From assembly GCA_965223415.1 (NCBI GenBank), contig OZ245002.1, positions 5,056,001-5,120,000 on the forward strand: 64,000 nt of DNA, read 5' to 3'. Shown here piece by piece: positions 54,043-64,000 of this stretch. The notes under the pieces were generated by a model that did no database searches, was not told the DNA's origin, and worked only from the letters and a program-made list of their open reading frames with translations. Position 1 is the stretch's first letter; the number at the start of each line of letters is the position of its first letter. The translations under genes and the position numbers were made by a program. Source of the DNA: Myxococcota bacterium. GTDB taxonomy: Bacteria; Myxococcota_A; UBA9160; UBA6930.

Positions 54043-54917
54043 AGATCGGCCTGTTCGTGCCCCTCGCGAGCCCGGTGGCCACGCCGGCCTTCGTGCGGCG
54101 CCTGGGCGATCAGGCGGAGGCCCTGCACTTCGACTCGATCTGGGCGGCCGAGCACGTCGTGCTCTTCGACGACTACGCCTCCCGCTACCCCTACGCGGAG
54201 GACGGACGCATTCCGGCGGCGAGCGAGAGCGGCTTCCTCGATCCGTGGAACGTCCTCGCCTACCTGGCCGCCTCCACCGAACGGATCCGCCTCGGCACGG
54301 GCATCTGCCTCGTGCCCCAGCGCAACCCGGTCTACACCGCCAAGGAAGCAGCCACCGTCGACTGGCTCTCGGGCGGCCGACTCGATTTGGGCATCGGCGT
54401 GGGCTGGCTGGCCGAGGAGTTCGCGGCGGTGGACGTCCCCTTCGAGGCTCGCGGCCGCCGCTGCCGGGCCTACCTCGAGGTGATGCGCAGCCTGTGGTGC
54501 GACCCGGTCTCGTCCTACGAGGGGGAGTTCTACCGCCTGGCGCCCTGTCGCCAGTATCCGAAGCCTGTGCAGCAGCCTCACCCTCCTCTCGTGTTCGGCG
54601 GCGAGAGCGACGCGGCCCTCCGCCGGGTCGCCGACCTGGGGCAGGGCTGGTACGGCTTCAACCTGGACCCGGCCGGCTTCGCCGAACGCATGAAACGGCT
54701 CGGCGAGCTGCTCGACGCGAATGGCCGGCGGCCCGAGGAGCTCACCATCAGCGTGTCGCCCTACCTTCGGGGATGCGACCGGGTGGCGCTCGAGGCCTAC
54801 CACGAAGCCGGGGCCGACCAGGTGATCCTCACCCTCCTCGCTCGCGGCGAGGACCACCTGAGCGACCTCCTGGACCAGGCGGCGGAGGAGCTCGTCGTGC
54901 CGGGCCACGCCCTTTGA
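54039..54917 (+). CDS. LLM-class (F420-dependent-type) oxidoreductase
   Basis: FDSIWAAEHVV, RLGTGICLVPQRNP, GIGVGWLAEEF, PKPVQQPHPP. Confidence 0.9.
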   Translation: MKIGLFVPLASPVATPAFVRRLGDQAEALHFDSIWAAEHVVLFDDYASRYPYAEDGRIPAASESGFLDPWNVLAYLAASTERIRLGTGICLVPQRNPVYTAKEAATVDWLSGGRLDLGIGVGWLAEEFAAVDVPFEARGRRCRAYLEVMRSLWCDPVSSYEGEFYRLAPCRQYPKPVQQPHPPLVFGGESDAALRRVADLGQGWYGFNLDPAGFAERMKRLGELLDANGRRPEELTISVSPYLRGCDRVALEAYHEAGADQVILTLLARGEDHLSDLLDQAAEELVVPGHAL

Positions 54918-54927
54918 GGAGAACGCG

Positions 54928-55752
54928 ATGACCCATCGTGCCATCGACCCGTGGGTGAACGTCACCATGGGCGAGCAGAAGCCGCCCAAGTACCTGATCC
55001 GCGTGAAGGAGGACTACTTCAAGGGCGGAGACGAGTTCTTCAAGAACATCGAGGTCGAGGAGCTCGTCGCCGATATGAACCAGAAAGGCGTCGAGAAGGC
55101 CGTCCTGTCGGTGGGGACCGCGCGTCCGTCCGAGCACGCCCTGCGCTTCGCCGAGAAGCACCCGGACCGCTTCTTCTACGCGGTGAACCTCCAGCCCACG
55201 GGCAAGATGAAAGAAGTCTGGGAGCTGAAGGCGCTCCTCGACGCCCATCCGGTGGTGATGGCACGGGTCGTCCCCTTCGGCACGGGCCTGCCCCCGACGG
55301 ACACGGCCTACTACCCCCTCTACACGAAGTGCGTGGAGTGGGACCTGCCCGTCTCCATCAACACGGGCATCCCGGGCCCGCCGATGCCGGGCGAGTGCCA
55401 GCACCCGATGTACCTGGACAAGGTGTGCTTGCAGTTCCCGGAGCTGCGCATCTGCATGGCCCACGGCGCCGACCCGTGGTGGGGCGTCGCGATCCGGCTG
55501 ATGATCAAGTACCGCCACCTCCACCTGATGACCTCGGCCTACTCGCCGAAGTACCTGCCGCCGGAGCTGATCCACTACATGAACACGCGGGGGCAGGACA
55601 AGATCCTGTTCGCGTCGGACCACCCGGTGCTGACCTTCGGGCGTTGCCTCGAGGAAGCCCAGCAGCTCGACCTGCGAGAGGGGGTACTCGAGAAGTACCT
55701 CCACGAGAACGCGGAGCGGCTCTTCTTCGCCGAGCGGAAGCCCAGGGTGTAG
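54928..55752 (+). CDS. Amidohydrolase family 2 protein
   Basis: YYPLYTKC, FPELRICMAHG, ILFASDHP. Confidence 0.88.
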   Translation: MTHRAIDPWVNVTMGEQKPPKYLIRVKEDYFKGGDEFFKNIEVEELVADMNQKGVEKAVLSVGTARPSEHALRFAEKHPDRFFYAVNLQPTGKMKEVWELKALLDAHPVVMARVVPFGTGLPPTDTAYYPLYTKCVEWDLPVSINTGIPGPPMPGECQHPMYLDKVCLQFPELRICMAHGADPWWGVAIRLMIKYRHLHLMTSAYSPKYLPPELIHYMNTRGQDKILFASDHPVLTFGRCLEEAQQLDLREGVLEKYLHENAERLFFAERKPRV

Positions 55753-55754
55753 CG

Positions 55755-56747
55755 ATGGCGGCACGCGAGAAGGCCACGACCAAGAAGAAGGCGGCGCGCA
55801 AGAAGCTCACCGTGCGCAAGGAGAAGCGCGGCCTCGAGGCAGCCGAGGTCGTGCTCGGCGCCGACGAGCCGGACCTCGCTCCCCTGGCCGGAGAGGTCGA
55901 GGCGGCGGGGGGCGCGGTGATCGGCGCCTACCGGGAGCCCTTCTCGGGAAGGCCGCTGCTGCTCGCGTCTCTGCCCCTCCCGGCGATCGAGCCCACCCCG
56001 TTCCAGCGCGACCTCTCCCCCACCCACACCAAGCGGCTGGCCCAGAAGATCGAGGAGAGCGGCTCGTTCCTCGATCCGCTGATCGTCGTGCGCGGCGCCG
56101 AGGGCGGCTTCTGGACCCCGAACGGGCGCCACCGCCTGGCAGCGGCCAAGGTGCTGGGCCTACGGCAGATCACCGCGCTGATCTCGCCGGACGAGGGCCT
56201 GGCCTTTCGCATCCTCGCCCTCAACACCGAGAAGGCCCACAACCTGAAGGACCGCAGCCTCGAGGTGATCCGCATGGCGCGCACCCTCGCCGAGCGGCAT
56301 CCGCGCGCGAAGGAAGCGGACTTCGCCGCCGAGTTCGAGGCGCCGGAGCTCCTCACCCTGGGCCTCGTCTACCTGGAGAACGGCCGCTTCGCCGGCGGCG
56401 CCTACAGCCCCTTCCTGAAGAAGGTCGATCGCTTCTCCACGGGAACGCTGCGCAAGAGCCTCCAGGCCCGGGAGGGCTACGCGGCGCGGCTGCTCGCCAT
56501 CGACGCGCGGGTGAAGGAGATCGTCGAGGGGCTGAAGCAGCGCGGCTTCAACACGCCCTACGTGCGCAACTACGTCGTCGCCCGGATCAACCCGGTGCGC
56601 TTCCACCGGGCGAAGAAGGGGGAGACGAAGCCCCCGATGGAGCTGGCGGCCGCCCTCACCCGGATGGCGGCGGCGGCCCGCAGGTTCGACCTCGGCTCGG
56701 TACGCGAGCGCGACCTGGCGCTGGTCGCGGCCGCCTCGAGCGACTGA
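55755..56747 (+). CDS. ParB/Srx N-terminal domain protein
   Basis: IEPTPFQRD...FLDPLIVVR...TPNGRHRLAA...ALNTE. Confidence 0.8.
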   Translation: MAAREKATTKKKAARKKLTVRKEKRGLEAAEVVLGADEPDLAPLAGEVEAAGGAVIGAYREPFSGRPLLLASLPLPAIEPTPFQRDLSPTHTKRLAQKIEESGSFLDPLIVVRGAEGGFWTPNGRHRLAAAKVLGLRQITALISPDEGLAFRILALNTEKAHNLKDRSLEVIRMARTLAERHPRAKEADFAAEFEAPELLTLGLVYLENGRFAGGAYSPFLKKVDRFSTGTLRKSLQAREGYAARLLAIDARVKEIVEGLKQRGFNTPYVRNYVVARINPVRFHRAKKGETKPPMELAAALTRMAAAARRFDLGSVRERDLALVAAASSD

Positions 56748-56762
56748 CCGCAAGGAGTCCCC

Positions 56763-57947
56763 ATGCCCGGCCCCCTCGACGGCATCCGCGTGATCGATAC
56801 CACCACCATGATCTCCGGACCGATCTGCACGCGGATCCTGGCCGATCAAGGCGCCGACGTGATCAAGGTGGAGGCGCCCGGGGTGGGCGACCTCGTGCGG
56901 GTGATGGGTGCGCGACGCGACGGTCTCTCCGCCACCTTCGTCACCTCGAACCGCAACAAGCGCTCCGTCGTGATCGACCTCAAGCAGGAGGAGGGCCTGG
57001 ACGTCCTGCGCCGGCTCGTCGCCAGCGCCGACGTCTTCGTCCAGAACTTCCGACCCGGCGCCGCCGAGCGCATGGGTCTCGGCGAGGCGGCCCTTCGCGC
57101 GGAGAAGCCCGACCTCGTCTACTGCTCGATCAGCGGCTTCGGGGAGAAGGGCCCCTACGCTCACAAGAAGGTCTACGACCCGGTGGTCCAGGCGCTCTCG
57201 GGGCTGGCCGCGATCCAGGCGGATCGCGACACGGGCCGCCCGCGCATGGTCCGGCTGATCGTGCCCGACAAGCTCACCGCCGTGACCGCGGCCCAGGCGA
57301 TCACCGCCGCCCTCTTCCACCGGGAGCGCTCCGGCGAAGGCCAGCACCTGCGCCTCGCGATGCTCGACGCCATGGTCGCCTTTGCCTGGCCGGAAGGCAT
57401 GGCGGGCCACACCTTCATCGGCGAGGGACAGCGCGACCGCGGCGCCCGCTATGCCCAGGACCTGATCTTCGAGACGGCGGACGGCTTTCTGACGGCGGGT
57501 GCGGTCTCGGACAGCGAGTGGCAGGGGCTCTGCCGAGCGATCGGCCGGGAGGACTGGCTCGAGGACGAGCGCTTCCAGACCGCCGCCGGCCGGATCCTCC
57601 ACGCGGGCGAGCGACTGACGATGACCGCCGAGGTCTTCCTCTCCCGCACCACCCGCGAGTGGATGGAACGGCTCGAGGCCGAAGACGTTCCGTCGGCGCC
57701 GGTGCTGCGACGCGAGGACCTGCTCACCCATCCGCAGCTCCTGGCCAACGAGCTGATCGTCGAGAGCGAGCACCCGGTGGCGGGCGCGATGCGCCAGCCG
57801 CGTCCCCCGGAGCGCTTCAGCGCCACGCCGTCGAGTGTGCGACGGCCAGCGCCCGCCCTCGGTGAGCACACGGACGAGGTGCTCGACGAGATCGGCTGCG
57901 CGCCGCCCGAGCGCGCCGCGCTGCGCGAGCGCCGGGTGGTGACGTAA
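56763..57947 (+). CDS. CaiB/BaiF family III CoA transferase
   Basis: GPLDGIRVID, GADVIKVE, NRNKRS, NFRPG, YDPVVQALSG, APALGEHT. Confidence 0.93.
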   Translation: MPGPLDGIRVIDTTTMISGPICTRILADQGADVIKVEAPGVGDLVRVMGARRDGLSATFVTSNRNKRSVVIDLKQEEGLDVLRRLVASADVFVQNFRPGAAERMGLGEAALRAEKPDLVYCSISGFGEKGPYAHKKVYDPVVQALSGLAAIQADRDTGRPRMVRLIVPDKLTAVTAAQAITAALFHRERSGEGQHLRLAMLDAMVAFAWPEGMAGHTFIGEGQRDRGARYAQDLIFETADGFLTAGAVSDSEWQGLCRAIGREDWLEDERFQTAAGRILHAGERLTMTAEVFLSRTTREWMERLEAEDVPSAPVLRREDLLTHPQLLANELIVESEHPVAGAMRQPRPPERFSATPSSVRRPAPALGEHTDEVLDEIGCAPPERAALRERRVVT

Positions 57948-57949
57948 CC

Positions 57950-58315
57950 GTGGGCTGGATCGCGACGGCGTCGCTCTTCGGTGCCAGCGGCGTACTGCTA
58001 GGCGCCTTCGGCGCTCACGGACTGAAGGAGCGCCTCTCGCCGGAGAGCCTCGCCGCATGGAACACCGCAGTGGAGTACCACCTGCTCCACGCCGTCGTCC
58101 TCTTCGTGCTGGCCTGGGTGGCCGCCGGCGGCGGGCCGGAGGCGACCTGGGCCCAGCGCCTGTTCACGGCGGGGATCCTGCTGTTCTCCGGTTCGATCTA
58201 TCTGCTCGCCCTCGGAGGGCCGCGGTGGCTGGGTCCGGTGACCCCCATTGGGGGAATCTGCCTCATCCTCGGATGGCTGGCCCTCCTGGTCGCTGGGATC
58301 CGTTCCGCGAGCTGA
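57950..58315 (+). CDS. DUF423 membrane protein
   Basis: LGAFGAHGL, YHLLHA, LFSGSIY, GPVTPIGG. Confidence 0.92.
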   Translation: MGWIATASLFGASGVLLGAFGAHGLKERLSPESLAAWNTAVEYHLLHAVVLFVLAWVAAGGGPEATWAQRLFTAGILLFSGSIYLLALGGPRWLGPVTPIGGICLILGWLALLVAGIRSAS

Positions 58316-58477
58316 ACCGTGCCCGTGTGACAGTCGTCACTGCATCGTGCCACCCCATCTGGGTAGGTTCGTGACGGGACGCCTGCCTCGGCCTGGCGAG
58401 GGAGCGCCCCGGGAGCCCACCAGCGGGGAAGCGACACGACCGGAGGGACGGTCCGGTCGTTCGCAGGGGGGAGCTGG

Positions 58478-58636
58478 ATGACGACGACGAGCCCTTCGGC
58501 CACCAGCTTGGCCCGGAACCGTGAGCTGCGACGCAGCCTGGATCCGGCGCGAGGCATCCTCGTCTCCCTTGCCCTGGGCGCAGCGGCCTGGTCGTTGATC
58601 GCGGCCCTCGCGCTCGGGCTGAGCCAGCTCCTCTAG
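58478..58636 (+). CDS. Small single-TM protein (52 aa), absent from the ORF track
   Basis: GGGGGAG RBS + ATG; MTTTSPSATSLARNRELRRSLDPARGILVSLALGAAAWSLIAALALGLSQLL*. Confidence 0.55.
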   Translation: MTTTSPSATSLARNRELRRSLDPARGILVSLALGAAAWSLIAALALGLSQLL

Positions 58637-58703
58637 AGCCCATCTCACACGAGTCCTCCCGTCGCCAGGCCCTGGCTCGGTTCGGTCTTGTGAGACGGGC
58701 TCT
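58635..58703. repeat. 69-bp element with 15-bp terminal inverted repeats
   Basis: AGAGCCCATCTCACA ... TGTGAGACGGGCTCT (one mismatch). Confidence 0.7.
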
Positions 58704-58751
58704 CGCCCCTCCGCGCTTGCCGCCCGCTGCGGCGGGGGCGAACGTCTCGCG

Positions 58752-60001
58752 GTGGAAGAGCGCCGCGCCTGGCTCGCCTTCAGCGTCGTCACCGCCGTGG
58801 TCTTCGCGACCATCCCCCTGGCGCGACGGATCCAGTACGCGGTGGAGGCGACGACGGGGCGCGAGCTCTTCCTCGTCGTCGTGGCGGCCGGGATCGTCGC
58901 GGCCGCCTGGGCGGCGGCCCGCCGTTCGCGGCGCGGCGCCCACGGCGGCCGGCGCTCGCTCGGGGTCCTCGCCCTGCTCTCGCTCGCCTACCTGGCAGGA
59001 GCCTTCGTCCTACGCCGCAACCCAGAAGAGGCGATCCACCTGCTGGAGTACGGAGCGCTCGGCGTGCTGGGTGCACGGGCACTCGCCTTCCGCATTCCCG
59101 GTGCGTGGGTCTACCCGTCCGCGGCACTGCTGGGCGCGGCCGTCGGCATGATCGACGAAGCGCTCCAGTGGATCACGCCGTCGCGGCACTGGGACCTGCG
59201 CGACCTGGCGATCAATGGCCTGGCGGCGAGCGGCGTGCAGCTGGGCCTCGCCGCCGGCGCCTTCGGCCCGCCGGCCCGGGGCGACAGCGCACGCGGTCGG
59301 CGCGGCTTCTGCGCCGTCGCCGCTCTCGCCTGGGTCCTCCTCGGCGCCAGCCTGCTGAACACGCCCTCGCGCATCGCCGCCTACGCCGGCGCCATGCCGG
59401 GCCTGGGCTTCCTGCTCGAGAACGACGGCGTGATGCTCGAGTACGGTCACCTTCACGAGCTCCCGGACCTGGCCCGCTTCCGTTCGCGCTTCAGCCGCGA
59501 GGCCCTGGCGCGCGCCGATCAGGCGCGAGCCGAGGAGGCGGGAGCCGTGCTGCGACGGCTTGGGAACGACGCCGACTACGCGGCCTTCCTCGCCACTCAC
59601 AACCCGGTCACGGATCCCTTCCTCCACGAGCTGCGGGTCCATCTCTTCCGCCGGGATCGCTACCGGGAGAACGCGGCCCGACACGCCGGTGACCCGCCCC
59701 GGGCCCGCCGCGACCTCACCGTCGCCCACCGGGAGAATGAGATCCTCGAGGCCGCCTTCCCGAAGAGCCTGGCCGCGTCGGGGCACGCCTGGCCCGAGGC
59801 CGAACGGCGCCGCATCGGCCGCGCCCAGGCGGCAGGCCGCCCCTACGAGAGCCCGGTCAGCCGGGGGCTGGTCACGAGCGTGAGGGAGACGACCGTCGCC
59901 GCGGTGTGGCTCGCGGGCTTCGCCGGACTCGCGGCCCTGGCCCTCTCGGCGCGTGGCGTCGGGCGGCGCCTTTCGTCGCCTCCTGGCGCCGGGCAACGTG
60001 G

Positions 60002-60005
<4 letters not shown>
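58752..60005 (+). CDS. VanZ-like membrane protein with soluble C-terminal domain
   Basis: EAIHLLEYGALG...IDEALQWITPSRHWDLRDLAIN; multiple TMs. Confidence 0.75.
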
Positions 60006-61951
<1,946 letters not shown>

Positions 61952-62148
61952 GCGGGGGCGCCGACCCTTGGGGTCCTCCCCCGCCTGGCGTTAGGATTCC
62001 TCCCAAACAGCGCCGGGAGGAAGACCCGACACCAGGAGCGTTTATTCTGCGACACCCATCTGGGGTAGATCCGCTCCACCCCCGCTGGGAGACACTGGCG
62101 TGCTGCCCGCATGGACGCGGGAGCTTCGCTGTAGGAAAGGACTCTTCC

Positions 62149-64000
62149 GTGGCGCGTCGCACCCCCCTCGACCTGCTCGACTCCTTCGTCACCACCACCG
62201 CCGGAGCCGGTCTCGTCCACCGCTCGGCCGAGGACGCCATCCTGACCGGTCGCACGATCCGCGTGGGCGGCCGCGACCTGCTGCAGTTCGGATCGTGCAG
62301 CTACCTGGGCCTCGAGCTCGACGAGCGCCTGACACGCGCCGCGTGCCGGGCCGCGGAGCAGTACGGCACCCAGTTCTCCTCGTCACGCAGCTACGTCTCC
62401 GCACCCCTGTACGAGGAGCTCGAAGCGCGCCTGGAAGAGATGCTCGGTGGAGCGACCCTGGTGACGCCGTCCACCACCCTGGGACACCTGGCCGCCCTTC
62501 CTGCCCTCGTCCACGAGCACGACGCGCTCCTCCTCGACCACCAGGTGCACCACAGCGTGCAGATGGCGGTCCAGGTGGCGCGCGGCGAGGGCTGCCACGT
62601 CGAGCTGATCCCCCATGACGATCTCGCCACGCTCGAAGAGAGGGCTCGCGAGCTCGCGCCGCGGCACCGGCGGGTCTGGATCCTCGCCGACGGCGTCTAC
62701 AGCATGTTCGGCGATCTCGCGCCGGTGGCGGCCCTGTGGGCCCTGGCCGAGAAGGTCCCGAACCTCTGGCTCTACGTGGACGACGCCCACGGTCTGGGTT
62801 GGTCCGGAGAGCGGGGCTGCGGCACGGTGCTCTCCCGTGCGCCGCTCCACGAGCGGGTCATCGTCGCAACCAGCCTCAACAAATCCTTCGCCGCCGCGGG
62901 TGGATGCCTGGTGTTCGGCGATCCCGAGCAGTGCCGCCGGGTGCGCACCGTCGGAGGGCCGATGATCTTCTCGGGACCGGTCCAGCCGCCCATGCTCGGC
63001 GTCGGGATCGCGTCGGCAGAGCTCCACCTCTCGCCGGAGCTCCCGGGGCTGCAGGCCGAGCTGCGGACGCGCATCGAGGAATCGACCCGCCTGCTCCAGG
63101 AACTCGGCCTTCCCCTCGTCTCGAGCGACCGCACGCCGATCCGTTTCGTGGGGGTGGGCCTGCCCCGGGTCGCCCGCAACCTGGCGGCCCGGCTCATGGC
63201 GGACGGCTTCTACACGAACATCTCCCACTTCCCGGCAGTGCCGATGAAGCAGGCGGGGATCCGCTTCACCCTCACGCGACACCAGCGGCCCGACGACCTC
63301 GCCGCCCTCGCCGACGCCTTCGCCCGCCACTTCCACGCCGCCTTCCGCGAGGAGGGCCAGGATCCCGGCAAGGTCTGGAGCGCCTTCCGGCTGACCGAGC
63401 GACGGCCCAGCCGCCCGCGGGCGATGTTCCCGTCGGAGGTGGAGGAACTCGACTCCATCGAGAACATCGAACCCGCGATCTGGGATGCCTGCCTCGGGGA
63501 TCGCGGGAGCTTCTCCTGGGCCGGCCTGCGCTTCCTCGAACGCCTGTTCCGGTGCCCGGGCCGCCCCGAGGACGAGTGGCGCTTCCGCTACTACCTGATC
63601 CGCGGCCCCGACGGAGCGCCGGTGGTGACCACCTTCTTCACCCGGGCCCTCTGGAAGCTGGACATGCTCGAGGCCGCGCCCGTGTCCGAGGTCGTGGAGG
63701 GACTGCGCCAGAAGCACCCCTATGCCCTGACGGCCCAGGTATTCTCGATGGGATCGCTGCTGACGGAGGGGAACCACCTCTTCGTCGACGAGGCGCGGAT
63801 GCCCGCGGGCTCCCCCATGTGGGAGAAGCAGCTCTCGGCCCTGCTCACCCATGTGCGGGAGCGTGCGGAGCTGGAGCAAGCACCGTTCGTCGCGCTTCGT
63901 GACCTGCCGGCCGACGACGATCGCCTCGATGACCTGCTGGTGGCTCACGGATTCGTGCGCCAGGACGCCGCCGAGCGCTTCGTCCTCGAGCTGGAGTCCG
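62149..64000 (+). CDS. Alpha-oxoamine synthase (BioF/SPT/CqsA family PLP enzyme) fused to a GNAT/FemAB-like domain; runs off the window
   Basis: Manual translation from GTG after AGGAAAGGA: FGSCSYLGL, GTQFSSSR, DGVYSMFGD, DDAHG, SLNKSF (PLP lysine), then IEPAIWDACLG...WRFRYYLIR; absent from the ORF track. Confidence 0.88.
   Translation, partial: MARRTPLDLLDSFVTTTAGAGLVHRSAEDAILTGRTIRVGGRDLLQFGSCSYLGLELDERLTRAACRAAEQYGTQFSSSRSYVSAPLYEELEARLEEMLGGATLVTPSTTLGHLAALPALVHEHDALLLDHQVHHSVQMAVQVARGEGCHVELIPHDDLATLEERARELAPRHRRVWILADGVYSMFGDLAPVAALWALAEKVPNLWLYVDDAHGLGWSGERGCGTVLSRAPLHERVIVATSLNKSFAAAGGCLVFGDPEQCRRVRTVGGPMIFSGPVQPPMLGVGIASAELHLSPELPGLQAELRTRIEESTRLLQELGLPLVSSDRTPIRFVGVGLPRVARNLAARLMADGFYTNISHFPAVPMKQAGIRFTLTRHQRPDDLAALADAFARHFHAAFREEGQDPGKVWSAFRLTERRPSRPRAMFPSEVEELDSIENIEPAIWDACLGDRGSFSWAGLRFLERLFRCPGRPEDEWRFRYYLIRGPDGAPVVTTFFTRALWKLDMLEAAPVSEVVEGLRQKHPYALTAQVFSMGSLLTEGNHLFVDEARMPAGSPMWEKQLSALLTHVRERAELEQAPFVALRDLPADDDRLDDLLVAHGFVRQDAAERFVLELES

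Noticed and set aside
62096..62111. Sigma54 promoter TGGCGTG-N4-CCGCA (and a similar one just upstream of 20309)
   Set aside because: Only the GG/GC spacing fits; too weak in GC-rich DNA.
62149..64000. Plain bioF
   Set aside because: Large C-terminal extension and no biotin genes upstream, so no gene symbol was assigned.

Overview
High-GC bacterial chromosomal window; the gene content is compatible with a Myxococcota-like or other deltaproteobacterial organism, but that is inference only. The backbone is housekeeping and metabolic: partial ftsH, tilS, tRNA-Met(CAT), a metF-like gene, prmA, moxR/DUF58/transglutaminase, gmhB, queE, cutA, dgt, a cobalamin riboswitch with a BtuB-like receptor and TonB, miaE, and a long acyl-CoA/redox gene run. 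A visibly lower-GC block (about 8.8-19.75 kb) holds most of the best candidate for an undescribed system. It is a co-oriented cluster of an AurF-like diiron oxygenase, a PilZ + LuxD-like acyl hydrolase + SAM methyltransferase fusion, an MMPL exporter and two hybrid histidine kinases. This looks like a c-di-GMP-gated lipid-signal synthesis, export and sensing module. The same block carries a P-loop kinase + dCMP deaminase fusion and a winged-helix STAND regulator. Other highlights are a selenoprotein split by an in-frame UGA (UxxC, with a SECIS-like hairpin), a Rieske oxygenase with reversed domain order, a nuclease-like/disordered/DHH-like scaffold protein, an alpha-oxoamine synthase + GNAT fusion, sigma28-like promoters on three signalling genes, and several leaderless-type starts. 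All calls come from reading motifs by eye; no searches were run.
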